Below are positions 1 to 9,513 of a stretch of 64,000 nt of DNA, one piece after another. Positions within the stretch are counted from its first letter, which is position 1. Every line of letters starts with the position of its first letter. Under the pieces are notes generated by a model. That model saw only the letters and a program-made list of their open reading frames with translations. It did not search any database and was not told the origin of the DNA. A program made the position numbers and the translations under genes. This DNA comes from a virus. Lineage: Duplodnaviria; Heunggongvirae; Uroviricota; Caudoviricetes. Location: the IMG/VR virus record IMGVR_UViG_3300028887_000002, positions 1 through 64,000 of that record; one strand, given 5' to 3'.

Positions 1-688
1 GGATGAAGACGTTCCTCACGCTGTCGGACGGCACTGCCGTGCAGATTCCCGACTACCACAGGAAGGCGCTTGCCGAACTGAAGGCTGCCGACAGGTCGCT
101 GTCGCACAAGCGCAACGCAAAGGTCTACGGCTCATCGTATAGACGTGCGAAGCACCACAGGCAGGTCGCCTATGCAAAGGTCGCCAACAGGCGGTCGGAC
201 TTCCACTGGAAACTGGCGCACGAACTGTGTAAAAGGTATAGTTTCATCGCCATCGAGGACTTGCATATGAAGTCCATGCAGATGCACAGGAACTGGGGCA
301 GGAAGGTCTCGTCCCTTGGGTACTCGGAGTTCGTAATGAAACTCATGGTTGTTGCCGAGAAGTACGGGACGGTCATCCACAAGATTGACCGCTGGTACGC
401 ATCCAGCCAGACTTGCAATGTCTGTGGATGCGTGTACAAGGGTACGAAAGACCTTAAAGTCCGCGAATGGATATGTCCCAGTTGTGGTACTGTCCACGAC
501 AGGGATGTTAATGCGGCGATTAACATATTGAATGTCGCCTTAAACGACATAGGCGGGAAGGGCGTTTCCCGCGTCGGGAGCAATAGTAAGACCCCCAAGG
601 GGAAACCCTCGGAGGCAGTTGCGCACGGGTCTTGCGACCCCGCTACCGACCAAGAATCCCACTCACTTTAGTGGTGGGAGTACGTCAA
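1..688 (+). mobile_element. IS200/IS605-family tnpB element, 3' part (left end outside the window)
   Basis: Visibly GC-richer than the flanks; tnpB C-terminus followed by the right-end hairpin CCCACTCACTTTAGTGGTGGG and terminal GTCAA (688). Confidence 0.85.
3..671 (+). CDS. tnpB: TnpB RNA-guided endonuclease, C-terminal part (5' truncated by the window edge)
   Basis: RuvC-II IAIEDL, Zn ribbon SSQTCNVCG...WICPSCG, RuvC-III HDRDVNAAINI. Confidence 0.92.
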   Translation: MKTFLTLSDGTAVQIPDYHRKALAELKAADRSLSHKRNAKVYGSSYRRAKHHRQVAYAKVANRRSDFHWKLAHELCKRYSFIAIEDLHMKSMQMHRNWGRKVSSLGYSEFVMKLMVVAEKYGTVIHKIDRWYASSQTCNVCGCVYKGTKDLKVREWICPSCGTVHDRDVNAAINILNVALNDIGGKGVSRVGSNSKTPKGKPSEAVAHGSCDPATDQESHSL

Positions 689-1269
689 CTTTTAATGATA
701 TATGCTTCTTGTTCAATTAAAGTGTTTTGTCTAATAACTGTTTCAAAACCATCATCTCGTTTAATCGTATATGTCCAATCATTCTTTTCATTATCAAATT
801 CAACACTCACAATTCTACCATATACATTTGGGTCTTCTTTAAAGTTTATATGCATATTTTTAGAACCAAGAATTTCATTGATTCTCCATTTTTTACGTGG
901 CAACGTTTTATATGCATCGTCTTCAATTAAGATATTTTCCAAATAAGAGATTCCCGTATCAAATGTATACTCCCAATCTTCCCAAATGTCGTCATAAGAT
1001 ATTTCAACGACCTTTCCGTATGGCTGTTCGCCTTCTATATCGGAAGTGCATATATATCTTGCTAGACTATCTCCGACCTTCCATTTTGGATTCTTTCCAA
1101 CAACATAAGTCTTTTTGATTATTGAATGCTCTGGTTGTGCTTCTACCATCATCTTAACGATTAATTCATAAAGCGGTTCAATATCAATGCAAACATTATC
1201 ACCGCCTGGCGTCATATACTTACCATCAACAAGTAAGTCTCTCAATTTCTGTTTCTGTTCTTCAGTCAT
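685..1269 (-). CDS. hypothetical protein with two internally similar SH3-like halves
   Basis: WKVGD...YGKVVEISYD..WEYTF repeated as WRINE...YGRIVSVEFD..WTYTI; stop codon lies inside the IS end. Confidence 0.6.
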   Translation of the reverse strand: MTEEQKQKLRDLLVDGKYMTPGGDNVCIDIEPLYELIVKMMVEAQPEHSIIKKTYVVGKNPKWKVGDSLARYICTSDIEGEQPYGKVVEISYDDIWEDWEYTFDTGISYLENILIEDDAYKTLPRKKWRINEILGSKNMHINFKEDPNVYGRIVSVEFDNEKNDWTYTIKRDDGFETVIRQNTLIEQEAYIIKS

Positions 1270-1272
1270 AAT

Positions 1273-1494
1273 CTATTTTCTTTCAATTGCATTTAGTTTA
1301 TAATCGGGGCGAACCATTTTCAAAAGTTCTTCTACCACCGTGTCAACCAATTCACCGTAGTCAAATCGTTCAAAACATTTTGCTTCCCAAACGCCAATGT
1401 CAATGAATGAAGCACTTGCTAAGTCTTCACAATCCCTTCCATAACGTCTTTCGATATAGTCAGCAACAGTATATGTTTCTTTCTGTGGGGTCAT
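1273..1494 (-). CDS. hypothetical protein
   Basis: Closely packed in the minus-strand operon. Confidence 0.6.
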   Translation of the reverse strand: MTPQKETYTVADYIERRYGRDCEDLASASFIDIGVWEAKCFERFDYGELVDTVVEELLKMVRPDYKLNAIERK

Positions 1495-1508
1495 TGTTAA
1501 TATTCCTT

Positions 1509-1805
1509 TTATATTAATACTCTTAAAATTTCAGTAATATTATAATAATCAAGAGTTTCTATTGGCATTTCAAAGTTTTCATTCCAACATATGTCATGAC
1601 ACGTCAAAATGATATTGTTTTCATTATTATTGTTTGTCATTCCATTAACAATGCAATCTGCAATGATGTGGTTCTCATAGGTTTCCCCCTCGTTAGTACC
1701 AAGTTCAATATAAACGCCTTCGCACTTGCCATCATATAATTCAGTGATAACAGCGGTTATCGTTTCAATCATACTGACACGAACCTTTTCGTAATTCTTT
1801 TCCAT
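1509..1805 (-). CDS. hypothetical protein
   Basis: Operon packing. Confidence 0.6.
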   Translation of the reverse strand: MEKNYEKVRVSMIETITAVITELYDGKCEGVYIELGTNEGETYENHIIADCIVNGMTNNNNENNIILTCHDICWNENFEMPIETLDYYNITEILRVLI

Positions 1806-1807
1806 AT

Positions 1808-2176
1808 TTAAAACGCTTTAATAAATTCATCAATACTAGGTGTCACAACATGTTCGGTTCCATCCTCGTGTTCGATAATGAGATAGTAGTTGCTGTCAAT
1901 CTCAACGATTTTCTGTTCGTCAGAATTGAACTTTTCGCAAGCCTCAACTATGGCTGGATGTGACCTATACTTGTAATACTCATCACAATAGAAGTCTATC
2001 ATTGGGTCACCTTTTTCTTTGTCCTTCCAATAGTCAAGTTCCTCGTTGACAATTTCCAGTAGGCCATCTCTGTCAGGGTAATTGGGATTACTTTCAAGTA
2101 GTTCCTTCATATACTGAACCTGCTGGATGGTGTAGTGGAATGCACCTATCTTGTTGCAAATAACTACTTTTTTCAT
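1808..2176 (-). CDS. conserved phage hypothetical protein
   Basis: MKKVVICNKIGAF...RSHPAIVEACE...IEHEDGTEHV pattern resembles a common phage family. Confidence 0.65.
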   Translation of the reverse strand: MKKVVICNKIGAFHYTIQQVQYMKELLESNPNYPDRDGLLEIVNEELDYWKDKEKGDPMIDFYCDEYYKYRSHPAIVEACEKFNSDEQKIVEIDSNYYLIIEHEDGTEHVVTPSIDEFIKAF

Positions 2177-2386
2177 GGTTTAACCCCTCCAATGGTTATC
2201 TTCTAAAAAATTATACAATCTCTCAACGAACTCATCAACACTTTCACATTTGCGTTTGGTTTCTACACGAGTTCCAGTCCAGTCGGTGTGAGTGGACATT
2301 TCTTTCTCACAGAACTCTCTGATGATTTCCTTGGTGGGTGTTCTAAAAATGTCCATATTGTTTCTCCTTTCTTAGTTAATTCGTTG

Positions 2387-2418
2387 CAAAGATAAGTCAA
2401 ATATTTGAAACTACCAAA
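2387..2418 (-). promoter_or_regulatory. Bacteroidetes primary-sigma (early) promoter
   Basis: Minus strand TTTG-N20-TATCTTTG. Confidence 0.8.
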
Positions 2419-2428
2419 GAAAAAGTGA

Positions 2429-2466
2429 AAAAAAATGACAGCTAGTTAGGAATGGACTGACTGTCA
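2429..2466 (-). terminator. intrinsic terminator
   Basis: TGACAG..CTGTCA stem followed by a T7 tract on the minus strand, downstream of 2503 ORF. Confidence 0.55.
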
Positions 2467-2502
2467 GGCATATTTATGGATGAAAAATTAAGAACTTAGT
2501 GG

Positions 2503-3096
2503 TTAGTTTGGTTTCACAATTTTGAAATCATATGCAATAACATACGGATTAGTTTTCCAAGTTCCCTTCTTCGAGACGTGGTCAATCAGTGAGGCGAATG
2601 CTTCCTTGGCGGTTGCAAAATGTTCTTTTGAACCTAGATAGGAAAAGTCTTCAGTTCTATCTTCATGAAATGGGCTTCCAAACTGCATTATCCCTTCTCT
2701 CAAACATTCCTCTTCGGGTATATCCTGTAATCTTTCGCAACGCATTCCTGTGATTTGGATATAGTGTAACATTTCTTCGGCCTTGACGAACATTTTGTTG
2801 CTCCAGCCGTTTGTTGTTGTATATTTTTCTTCAAAATACCTTTCTTCCTCACCATATCCGCCTTTCTTTTTAATCATAAGTTCCAATATATCCTCATAGG
2901 ACATTGCAATGGCAACAATTTCACCAACTTTGAAACGGCTATTCTGTATTGCATACTCCTCGAATGTTAATGCACTTTCGCTTGTTTTCCATTCACCATA
3001 AATCTTCTGTGGTACAGTACGTCTTGTCATTGTCTTTGAACTAAGAAGTGTCAGTTCCGTTAAACAATATTTGTCATTGAACATTATTTTTTGCAT
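2503..3096 (-). CDS. ASCH/PUA-like phage protein
   Basis: KTMTRR, NKMFVKAE, ERLQDI.EEECLREGI, W.TNPYV..YDF motifs; start moved to MQKIMFND. Confidence 0.65.
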   Translation of the reverse strand: MQKIMFNDKYCLTELTLLSSKTMTRRTVPQKIYGEWKTSESALTFEEYAIQNSRFKVGEIVAIAMSYEDILELMIKKKGGYGEEERYFEEKYTTTNGWSNKMFVKAEEMLHYIQITGMRCERLQDIPEEECLREGIMQFGSPFHEDRTEDFSYLGSKEHFATAKEAFASLIDHVSKKGTWKTNPYVIAYDFKIVKPN

Positions 3097-3129
3097 AATC
3101 GTTATTTTTTTGTTATTATTTTTTTTCAC

Positions 3130-3396
3130 TTAATCAGGAAACTTGCACCACCACTTGATATCATCAAACGAATCAAACAGATATTCACTGTCAACTATAT
3201 CATAGTGAGGAACTTTCTCACCATCACAAGTCTCATCATAAAAAGTTTGAAAGATGTGTCGGCTTCCATCATTCAACACTACAGCATAGTAGGTTGCCGA
3301 CCAGTCAATCGGCTGGTTGAATATATCATCTTCACTCTGTAGGTGCCAACAACAGTTGTCTAATAGTTTCTTCGTTTCTTCTATTGTTCTCTCCAT
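3130..3396 (-). CDS. hypothetical protein
   Basis: Operon packing. Confidence 0.55.
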   Translation of the reverse strand: MERTIEETKKLLDNCCWHLQSEDDIFNQPIDWSATYYAVVLNDGSRHIFQTFYDETCDGEKVPHYDIVDSEYLFDSFDDIKWWCKFPD

Positions 3397-3399
3397 AAT

Positions 3400-3678
3400 C
3401 TAATCATTTTCTATTGGTTCACAAGCCCCGAAATCGTCTCTATGCTGAATGCTATCACATTCAAACAATCCGACCTCATAGTCGCTATGGCATAGTTCAT
3501 AACTGTATTCAGCATAGAAATCAAATGTCCTATATTCTACATTATAAACCTTATGCGAATCTGAATAATAGAGAACCAAATAGCCATCCGAAATCTTTTT
3601 CAGTATCTGGTCGTATCCGCCATAGATGCCTATAACATTGCCTTCTTCTAAATTCTTTGATTCTTCTATTGTCATCAT
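3400..3678 (-). CDS. hypothetical protein
   Basis: Operon packing. Confidence 0.55.
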   Translation of the reverse strand: MMTIEESKNLEEGNVIGIYGGYDQILKKISDGYLVLYYSDSHKVYNVEYRTFDFYAEYSYELCHSDYEVGLFECDSIQHRDDFGACEPIEND

Positions 3679-3932
3679 TTTCTATATAGTTTTGGATTTC
3701 CTTCGTTGTCTGTTAACTGGACTATTGCAGTTCCATTCCCGCCTCTAAATGTTTCAAGATATAAACAACCAGTCTCTCTGTCAACCCATACTTTATAAGT
3801 CTATCCGCGTTCAACAACATCAACCATATCGCCCACGTCACCTCGTTCGTTGTCGCCACTAGTGCTGGTACAAGATACTGAACCAACTATTGTTGCAATT
3901 GCAAACGATAATATCAAAATAATCTTTCGCAT
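3675..3932 (-). pseudogene. lipoprotein-like ORF (DUF6440-like C-terminus) with in-frame TAG at codon 44
   Basis: MRKIILILSFAIATIVGSVSC...VERG*TYKVWVDRETGCLYL...LTDNEGNPKLYRK fills the gap between neighbours exactly. Confidence 0.6.
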
Positions 3933-3943
3933 AATATTATAAA

Positions 3944-4291
3944 TTAATATTTTCCATAAGGGTCGTGCAAATCCTCCCAACTTGGATATTGGTTAAGCCT
4001 CCACCACTCGCTTCCGTCATATTCTTCCCGTGAAAGCCAAGTGTTGTCGTTTAGACATATCATACCATACACATCTTGTCCACCGAAACCAGAATAATAT
4101 TCAAAGTCCAATTTGTTAAGGAAGTCCATTGCTTCATCCAGTGTGTGTTCTGGCGGAAGTTCAAGTTTAAGCGAATCAGGTTCGTAGAAAATCCTCCCGT
4201 AACTGATATGCCCTGCAAGTTCTTCAACACTCGTTGTATTTGTGACTTCTAATGTTTCTTCTAACAAGTTCTTATCATTATCATGGTACAT
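3944..4291 (-). CDS. conserved phage hypothetical protein
   Basis: LDFEYYSGFGGQ...WLSREEYDGSEWW motif. Confidence 0.7.
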   Translation of the reverse strand: MYHDNDKNLLEETLEVTNTTSVEELAGHISYGRIFYEPDSLKLELPPEHTLDEAMDFLNKLDFEYYSGFGGQDVYGMICLNDNTWLSREEYDGSEWWRLNQYPSWEDLHDPYGKY

Positions 4292-4304
4292 AATTCAAAA
4301 TATT

Positions 4305-4823
4305 TTAGATATATTCAGTTAAACATTTGCTAATTCCTGCGGACATAGCATCTTCAAAAGTCTCGTACTCCTTATGTTCAAGTTGTGCCATATCATCGTA
4401 TATATATTCACCCATAGTGGTTGATATGCTGAACGTCCAGAAAGACCACTTGTCGCATGAGCCACTTTCAGTATCATCCTTGCGGTCTTCCGCTGGGAAA
4501 ACGTTGATATGCAATGAATGATTTTCCCTCAACCATTTGCATATATCATATAGATGCGGTCTGGAACAACAAGTTTTACTTTTCTTGAAATTTTCGTTCT
4601 TGTTATAAAACTCATGTACCCATTCGCCTGGGACATACTCTATCTCATCACCTCTACCGTTAACCTTGAGGCTCCATTCATCATCCTCGTCAATATCTTC
4701 ACCATTATGTCTCACGGCAGTACCAAATGATGTTGCACACCATTCGTTATAGCCTTTTTCTTTTAGCAGCATACCAGTTTGGTAGTCGCAGAAATCCTTG
4801 TTGTCATCAATTTCCATAGTCAA
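4305..4823 (-). CDS. hypothetical protein (Bacteroidetes-phage type)
   Basis: LLKEKGY...KWLRENHSLHI...YETFEDAM; early promoter upstream. Confidence 0.65.
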   Translation of the reverse strand: MTMEIDDNKDFCDYQTGMLLKEKGYNEWCATSFGTAVRHNGEDIDEDDEWSLKVNGRGDEIEYVPGEWVHEFYNKNENFKKSKTCCSRPHLYDICKWLRENHSLHINVFPAEDRKDDTESGSCDKWSFWTFSISTTMGEYIYDDMAQLEHKEYETFEDAMSAGISKCLTEYI

Positions 4824-4845
4824 TATATACTTTCATTTCACTCCG

Positions 4846-4884
4846 CAAATATATGTACTATTTTTCAAACTGCCAAATATTTAT
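4846..4884. promoter_or_regulatory. back-to-back early (minus) and putative late TATTTAT (plus) promoters
   Basis: CAAATATA-N20-CAAA|TATTTAT; same arrangement at 22196-22234, 28671-28709, 52978-53016. Confidence 0.7.
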
Positions 4885-4904
4885 TATAAAAAATATATTT
4901 AAAT

Positions 4905-7715
4905 ATGAACAATAACAGAAATAACAATAGACAAATGTATGATTTACAATCTATTACCCCCCCCCCATCAAGTAATTTGACATTTGGGGAATTCGTACAA
5001 AACGTTGCAAACAGCAATCCTCAAATAGGTTGTGGCTTTATGGGGAATGTTTCATTTGCAACTGGTCTTCCGAATGGTCTTACAAACGGCACTATGACAG
5101 TAATATCCTACGGGGAAGGTTTTATAAAGTTCAGCCTTGATGTGGAAAATACCCCGAACCACTACGAATGCTACAGACTTTCTGACGGCTCTATAACCGA
5201 ATGGACAATCGGACAGGGCGGTGGCGGAGAAACTGAACTTATGAAAGAGGTTACATATTCTGAATTGAAGAAACTTCGTGATAACGGAGAACTTATACCT
5301 GGAATGAAGTACAGGATAACGGACTACGAATGTTCAACAAGTCAAGAATACACCCAAAGTGCATCCAATATGTTCGACATTATCGTTACTGCGGATGATG
5401 AACACACCCTGAATGAGAATGCAAGGGCTTGCAAACGTGACTGGGAGAAATACATCAATAATAATGTTAGTTTTGAACAGGGTGATAGTGAAATTACTAT
5501 ATATAGTAATATTGGAGAAATTAATAGTAAAACACTCACTTTAAATCCTAATGACTATCACTCTGCTGAAGAGGGGTATGACTTATATGGTGATTCTATT
5601 GAAGGTTTCTTCATATTAGTACCGAAAAATGTTTCGGATGAAGATATTAATTGTTGGAACGTATATATCCCAAATATGGGATATGTTTTGCCTGATTATG
5701 GCGTATATTCCACGGGTAAAAATTTGGCTGAATATTATTTGTCATTCATTGCCTACTTTGACAAGTCCAACCTTTCCGCTTGGGAGTTGAAGTACTGCTT
5801 GGATAATGATACCAGCAGGTTTGCGTGGGCGGTTGAAGGAGAACCTGGTGAATATTACCATTTGGTTGAAATTGTTGGGACTGATACTAAGGACTATACT
5901 TTCAGAACAATTTATGAAACTGAAGACTATTGGAGTGTATATAATATAAATGACCCATCAGTGGTCGGTTATATAAAACCAAAACTTGACCCAGTAACAG
6001 ATTCAAATTTTATATTATATACTGATGAACGCTTTGACGATGAGTATGGTGAGCCATATGGAAAGAATGGTGATGAAGCAACAGTTAAAGAAATCACCCT
6101 TGTTGATAACCCTGGTACTCCGTCAGGCAAAGGTGTTATCTACTATATGAAGGACGAGTGGGGTAACGAATGTCCTTATGATTTCAAGAACATAATGTTT
6201 TATGATTATGCGACAAGTAAGTATTATTATACCTTTGATAAAGAAGATGATACTGATGGGACAATTTCTAATTCTCTGAACTTCCGTAACAACAGGATAG
6301 ATAAATATTCTGGTAGAGATGAAAAAAAGTATTTACTTAATAATATAATATTTGTTGGCAAAGCAATAAACAATACCTTTGCAAACGATTGTCACGACTG
6401 CAAGTTTGATGCATCACTTGAAAGTTGCTGTTTTGGTGAAGGGTGTAACTATATTACTACAAATAATGTATCTGTGATTAGAAACTTGGTATTCGGTAAT
6501 AATGTCAATAACCTGCGCATAAGTTCGGATGATACTTTCACTGGTGTCTCGGATGGTTGGATATTTGACGCAAATACATTCATAGAAGGTTATTCAGTTG
6601 AAATCACACTTCCAGATTCTTTAACATTATATGATTATACTGAGAATAAACGTGTCACTAAGACAACTTCAGATAAGATTATAGCAATCCAAGAATATAT
6701 GGATAATAATTATACTATTCAAACTGATGTAACATTATTATACCCCAGTGGCGGACGTGGCGGTGTGATTGTGTATAACTCAAATTCAGAAATAACTGGC
6801 GATTGGATTGACACCAATACGGATACAACGCAAAACACCTACAACTCTGAAACAGGTGATGGAACTTTGCAACTGAACGAAGGCGTTGATGAAATCGGCG
6901 GTGAAGTTACTCGCCAAGGCCTCCGTGAAATGACAATTAACTCACCATTTTATATGAACACTGATGTGCGTAGCGTTGATATGACTAATAGCGGTATTGT
7001 GAGTATTGGTGAACAAGCCTTCAATGGTTGTACAAATTTATCTAGTGTAATAATATCAAATACTGTTACTAAGATTGATAAAATGGCATTTGCTGATTGT
7101 CCTCTAAACTCGGTTGATATTCCCGATAGTGTTGTTTTTATTGATAATCTTGCATTCAGCACTACAACTATCAACATAAATTACAATGGCTCGTCAAGTG
7201 GCTCGCCGTGGGGAGCGCAATATGTGAATGCCGATACTGATGTTAAAAGTGGTCTGATGTTTGGCGATTTTGATAGTAAGGTTTACTCCTGTTCGGTTAT
7301 CGGGTGTTTGTCAAAAAGTTATCCTGAAATAATCATTCCAAGTACGATTGATTATGAAAAGAGTACTTATAGTGTAACAACAATTAAAAGTTATGCATTC
7401 CGCAACTGCACAAACATACAGAGCGTAACAATACCTGTCGCAGTTGAAACTCTTGGTGAATATATATTTGATGGCTGCTATGTCTTATCAAAGGATGGAA
7501 AGATGAAAGTTAGCACAATACAAAGCGTAAAAGAAACAAGTTCGACAGTCCCAACAACAAAAGATACATTCGCGGATGATGTGACAATACCGAACTTGTA
7601 TGTTCCAACAGAAGAATCAATAACATATTATACAAAGGCTTGGGGTGCTTATTTCGCCAATATATCAACACAAAAGAAAAATAACGAAAATTCTGATGGC
7701 TCAGAACAAAAATAA
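4905..7715 (+). CDS. tail fibre / receptor-binding-like protein with BspA-type (LRR_5) repeats
   Basis: YSELKKLRDNGELIPGMKYRITDY and YYMKDEWGNECPYDFKNI modules, beta-helix-like N/F-rich stretch, C-terminal IGEQAFNGCTNLSSVIISNTVTKI repeats; TATTTAT upstream. Confidence 0.65.
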   Translation: MNNNRNNNRQMYDLQSITPPPSSNLTFGEFVQNVANSNPQIGCGFMGNVSFATGLPNGLTNGTMTVISYGEGFIKFSLDVENTPNHYECYRLSDGSITEWTIGQGGGGETELMKEVTYSELKKLRDNGELIPGMKYRITDYECSTSQEYTQSASNMFDIIVTADDEHTLNENARACKRDWEKYINNNVSFEQGDSEITIYSNIGEINSKTLTLNPNDYHSAEEGYDLYGDSIEGFFILVPKNVSDEDINCWNVYIPNMGYVLPDYGVYSTGKNLAEYYLSFIAYFDKSNLSAWELKYCLDNDTSRFAWAVEGEPGEYYHLVEIVGTDTKDYTFRTIYETEDYWSVYNINDPSVVGYIKPKLDPVTDSNFILYTDERFDDEYGEPYGKNGDEATVKEITLVDNPGTPSGKGVIYYMKDEWGNECPYDFKNIMFYDYATSKYYYTFDKEDDTDGTISNSLNFRNNRIDKYSGRDEKKYLLNNIIFVGKAINNTFANDCHDCKFDASLESCCFGEGCNYITTNNVSVIRNLVFGNNVNNLRISSDDTFTGVSDGWIFDANTFIEGYSVEITLPDSLTLYDYTENKRVTKTTSDKIIAIQEYMDNNYTIQTDVTLLYPSGGRGGVIVYNSNSEITGDWIDTNTDTTQNTYNSETGDGTLQLNEGVDEIGGEVTRQGLREMTINSPFYMNTDVRSVDMTNSGIVSIGEQAFNGCTNLSSVIISNTVTKIDKMAFADCPLNSVDIPDSVVFIDNLAFSTTTININYNGSSSGSPWGAQYVNADTDVKSGLMFGDFDSKVYSCSVIGCLSKSYPEIIIPSTIDYEKSTYSVTTIKSYAFRNCTNIQSVTIPVAVETLGEYIFDGCYVLSKDGKMKVSTIQSVKETSSTVPTTKDTFADDVTIPNLYVPTEESITYYTKAWGAYFANISTQKKNNENSDGSEQK

Positions 7716-7720
7716 ACACA

Positions 7721-8506
7721 ATGCAAACAAATGCAATCCATAACATTATAAACTCCTCACAGATAAATTACTCTGACGGGGAGTTTTTTCTTTCGCAACC
7801 GTTCACAATATTGTTGACCGCTTGTACACATCCGCGCACGGAGACCAACACACCGCCAGTCCTGCGTGAATGTCAGATTGAACAAAGCATTGGGTTTTAT
7901 AGTTCACTACCATTTGTCAAGAATGTTGTAGTTGTAGACAATTCCGACTATGATATTATGCAATTCAACAAGTTTGATAAGGTTATTGCCTTGCACGTTT
8001 CACCAGTTGTTGATTGTGGCGCTGACACTAAGAAATTCTATGTGAACAAGACCGCAGGTGAAATTCAGTTAATCCGCACTGCTCTTGAAAGCATACCGAA
8101 TAATGACTTTATTGTGAAAATCACAGGTCGCCTGTTAATTCCTGAACTGGAAGGGATAATCACACATTTAGGTTTCACCAAGTTCAATGTTGCGCAATAT
8201 TATCCAAAGGAGCATTGGTTGTCTACTTGGTTCTTTGGTGCACCTTGCAAGATGTTGAAAGATTTGTTCCGTGATGAATTTGATATGCACGGGACATTGG
8301 AACATATGTTGTTTGAAAGGCTACCTTCGAAAATTATAAAACCGATTAAGGGCGAATGGGAAGTTGTAGGTAAGCCTGACTCCGCTTGTGTGTACCACAC
8401 ACCAAACTATCGTTTTGACGGCGTCACAGAACTTGAAAAGAAAGATGGGTACTCGATAATTGAAAAGTTGTTTCCGTCACTAATTCAAAAAGGAAACAAA
8501 CTATAA
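7721..8506 (+). CDS. putative glycosyltransferase-like protein
   Basis: ILLTAC, VVVDNSDY, GEIQLI, IVKITGR, LEH motifs. Confidence 0.45.
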   Translation: MQTNAIHNIINSSQINYSDGEFFLSQPFTILLTACTHPRTETNTPPVLRECQIEQSIGFYSSLPFVKNVVVVDNSDYDIMQFNKFDKVIALHVSPVVDCGADTKKFYVNKTAGEIQLIRTALESIPNNDFIVKITGRLLIPELEGIITHLGFTKFNVAQYYPKEHWLSTWFFGAPCKMLKDLFRDEFDMHGTLEHMLFERLPSKIIKPIKGEWEVVGKPDSACVYHTPNYRFDGVTELEKKDGYSIIEKLFPSLIQKGNKL

Positions 8507-8511
8507 CCAAC

Positions 8512-8982
8512 TTAGTCTTCTTCCCTACAGTCCTGCAACTCTTCCTCAACAACTTTCTGATATGCCTTCGCAAGAGTTTCCTTTGTTTCTTGGCTAACCT
8601 CACCTTTGATTGGGAATGTGTATCCTTTAGTGACAATGCAACTATTAACAGTCTGATTTATATCAACATTCAGATTTTCTTCATTGTAGAAATATTTAGT
8701 CCCATTGTATTCTGACGGTTCGGTCTTATCCTTGTTGTCCTTATACTTCCAATATGAGTTATATTGGGCTATGACATCCAAAGCATCTTCATAACTATCT
8801 TTATAAAGGCCTTCCTGTTTATTCTCGGTATAGGTGAATGTGAGTTCATCTGTATATAGGTAGTACCACCTAATAAAGCCGAATGAAACCATTGGGTAGT
8901 ATCTTTCCACTATCTGTGGTTCGTCACATTCTGTTGAAACACATTTCAATGTTTCTTTCTTAATCCTGTATTTGATTTCCAT
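8512..8982 (-). CDS. hypothetical protein
   Basis: 156-aa ORF. Confidence 0.55.
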   Translation of the reverse strand: MEIKYRIKKETLKCVSTECDEPQIVERYYPMVSFGFIRWYYLYTDELTFTYTENKQEGLYKDSYEDALDVIAQYNSYWKYKDNKDKTEPSEYNGTKYFYNEENLNVDINQTVNSCIVTKGYTFPIKGEVSQETKETLAKAYQKVVEEELQDCREED

Positions 8983-8996
8983 ATTTCAATTTTTTT

Positions 8997-9206
8997 TTAT
9001 TCTACCTGATAACATCTGCTTCCAAGAATCTTGTAGTCTTCCATATCTTCGATTTCACAATCATCAGCATCGGTATCAGTTTCCTCACAAACTAGTTCTA
9101 ATAGGTCTTCGTTGAGAAATTTGTCGAATGCCCATTCAATTGTACCATTGGGGATGTTTTCGGGGATTCTGATTCTTGCATTCATGTTAATTTCTTTTGT
9201 ATTCAT
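8997..9206 (-). CDS. hypothetical protein
   Basis: Directly behind the promoter at 9228-9259. Confidence 0.55.
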   Translation of the reverse strand: MNTKEINMNARIRIPENIPNGTIEWAFDKFLNEDLLELVCEETDTDADDCEIEDMEDYKILGSRCYQVE

Positions 9207-9227
9207 AGTTCAAAATTTTTAGTTCAG

Positions 9228-9259
9228 CAAAACTACATTTTCTTTTTGAAACCACCAAA
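9228..9259 (-). promoter_or_regulatory. early promoter
   Basis: TTTG-N20-TAGTTTTG. Confidence 0.75.
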
Positions 9260-9270
9260 TAAAATTTCAA

Positions 9271-9513
9271 TTATTTTTTGAATTGTTCAAACATATCTTC
9301 CGTGAAATGTTTCACAAATATCGTTTCACTGTTATCTCTGACAACCTTGTATCTGCAACGGAACATGCAGAAGTTGTTCATAAGATATAGTTTATAGTCG
9401 TGGTCGTTGTGACGGAATGATATGATTTCCTTATCGTTCTTTCCACGCACCATTGATTTTCCCTTCTCCTCCGCCTTTGCGAGAAAATCTGATATTAGAC
9501 TATTTGTTTGCAT
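9271..9513 (-). CDS. hypothetical protein
   Basis: Operon packing. Confidence 0.55.
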   Translation of the reverse strand: MQTNSLISDFLAKAEEKGKSMVRGKNDKEIISFRHNDHDYKLYLMNNFCMFRCRYKVVRDNSETIFVKHFTEDMFEQFKK

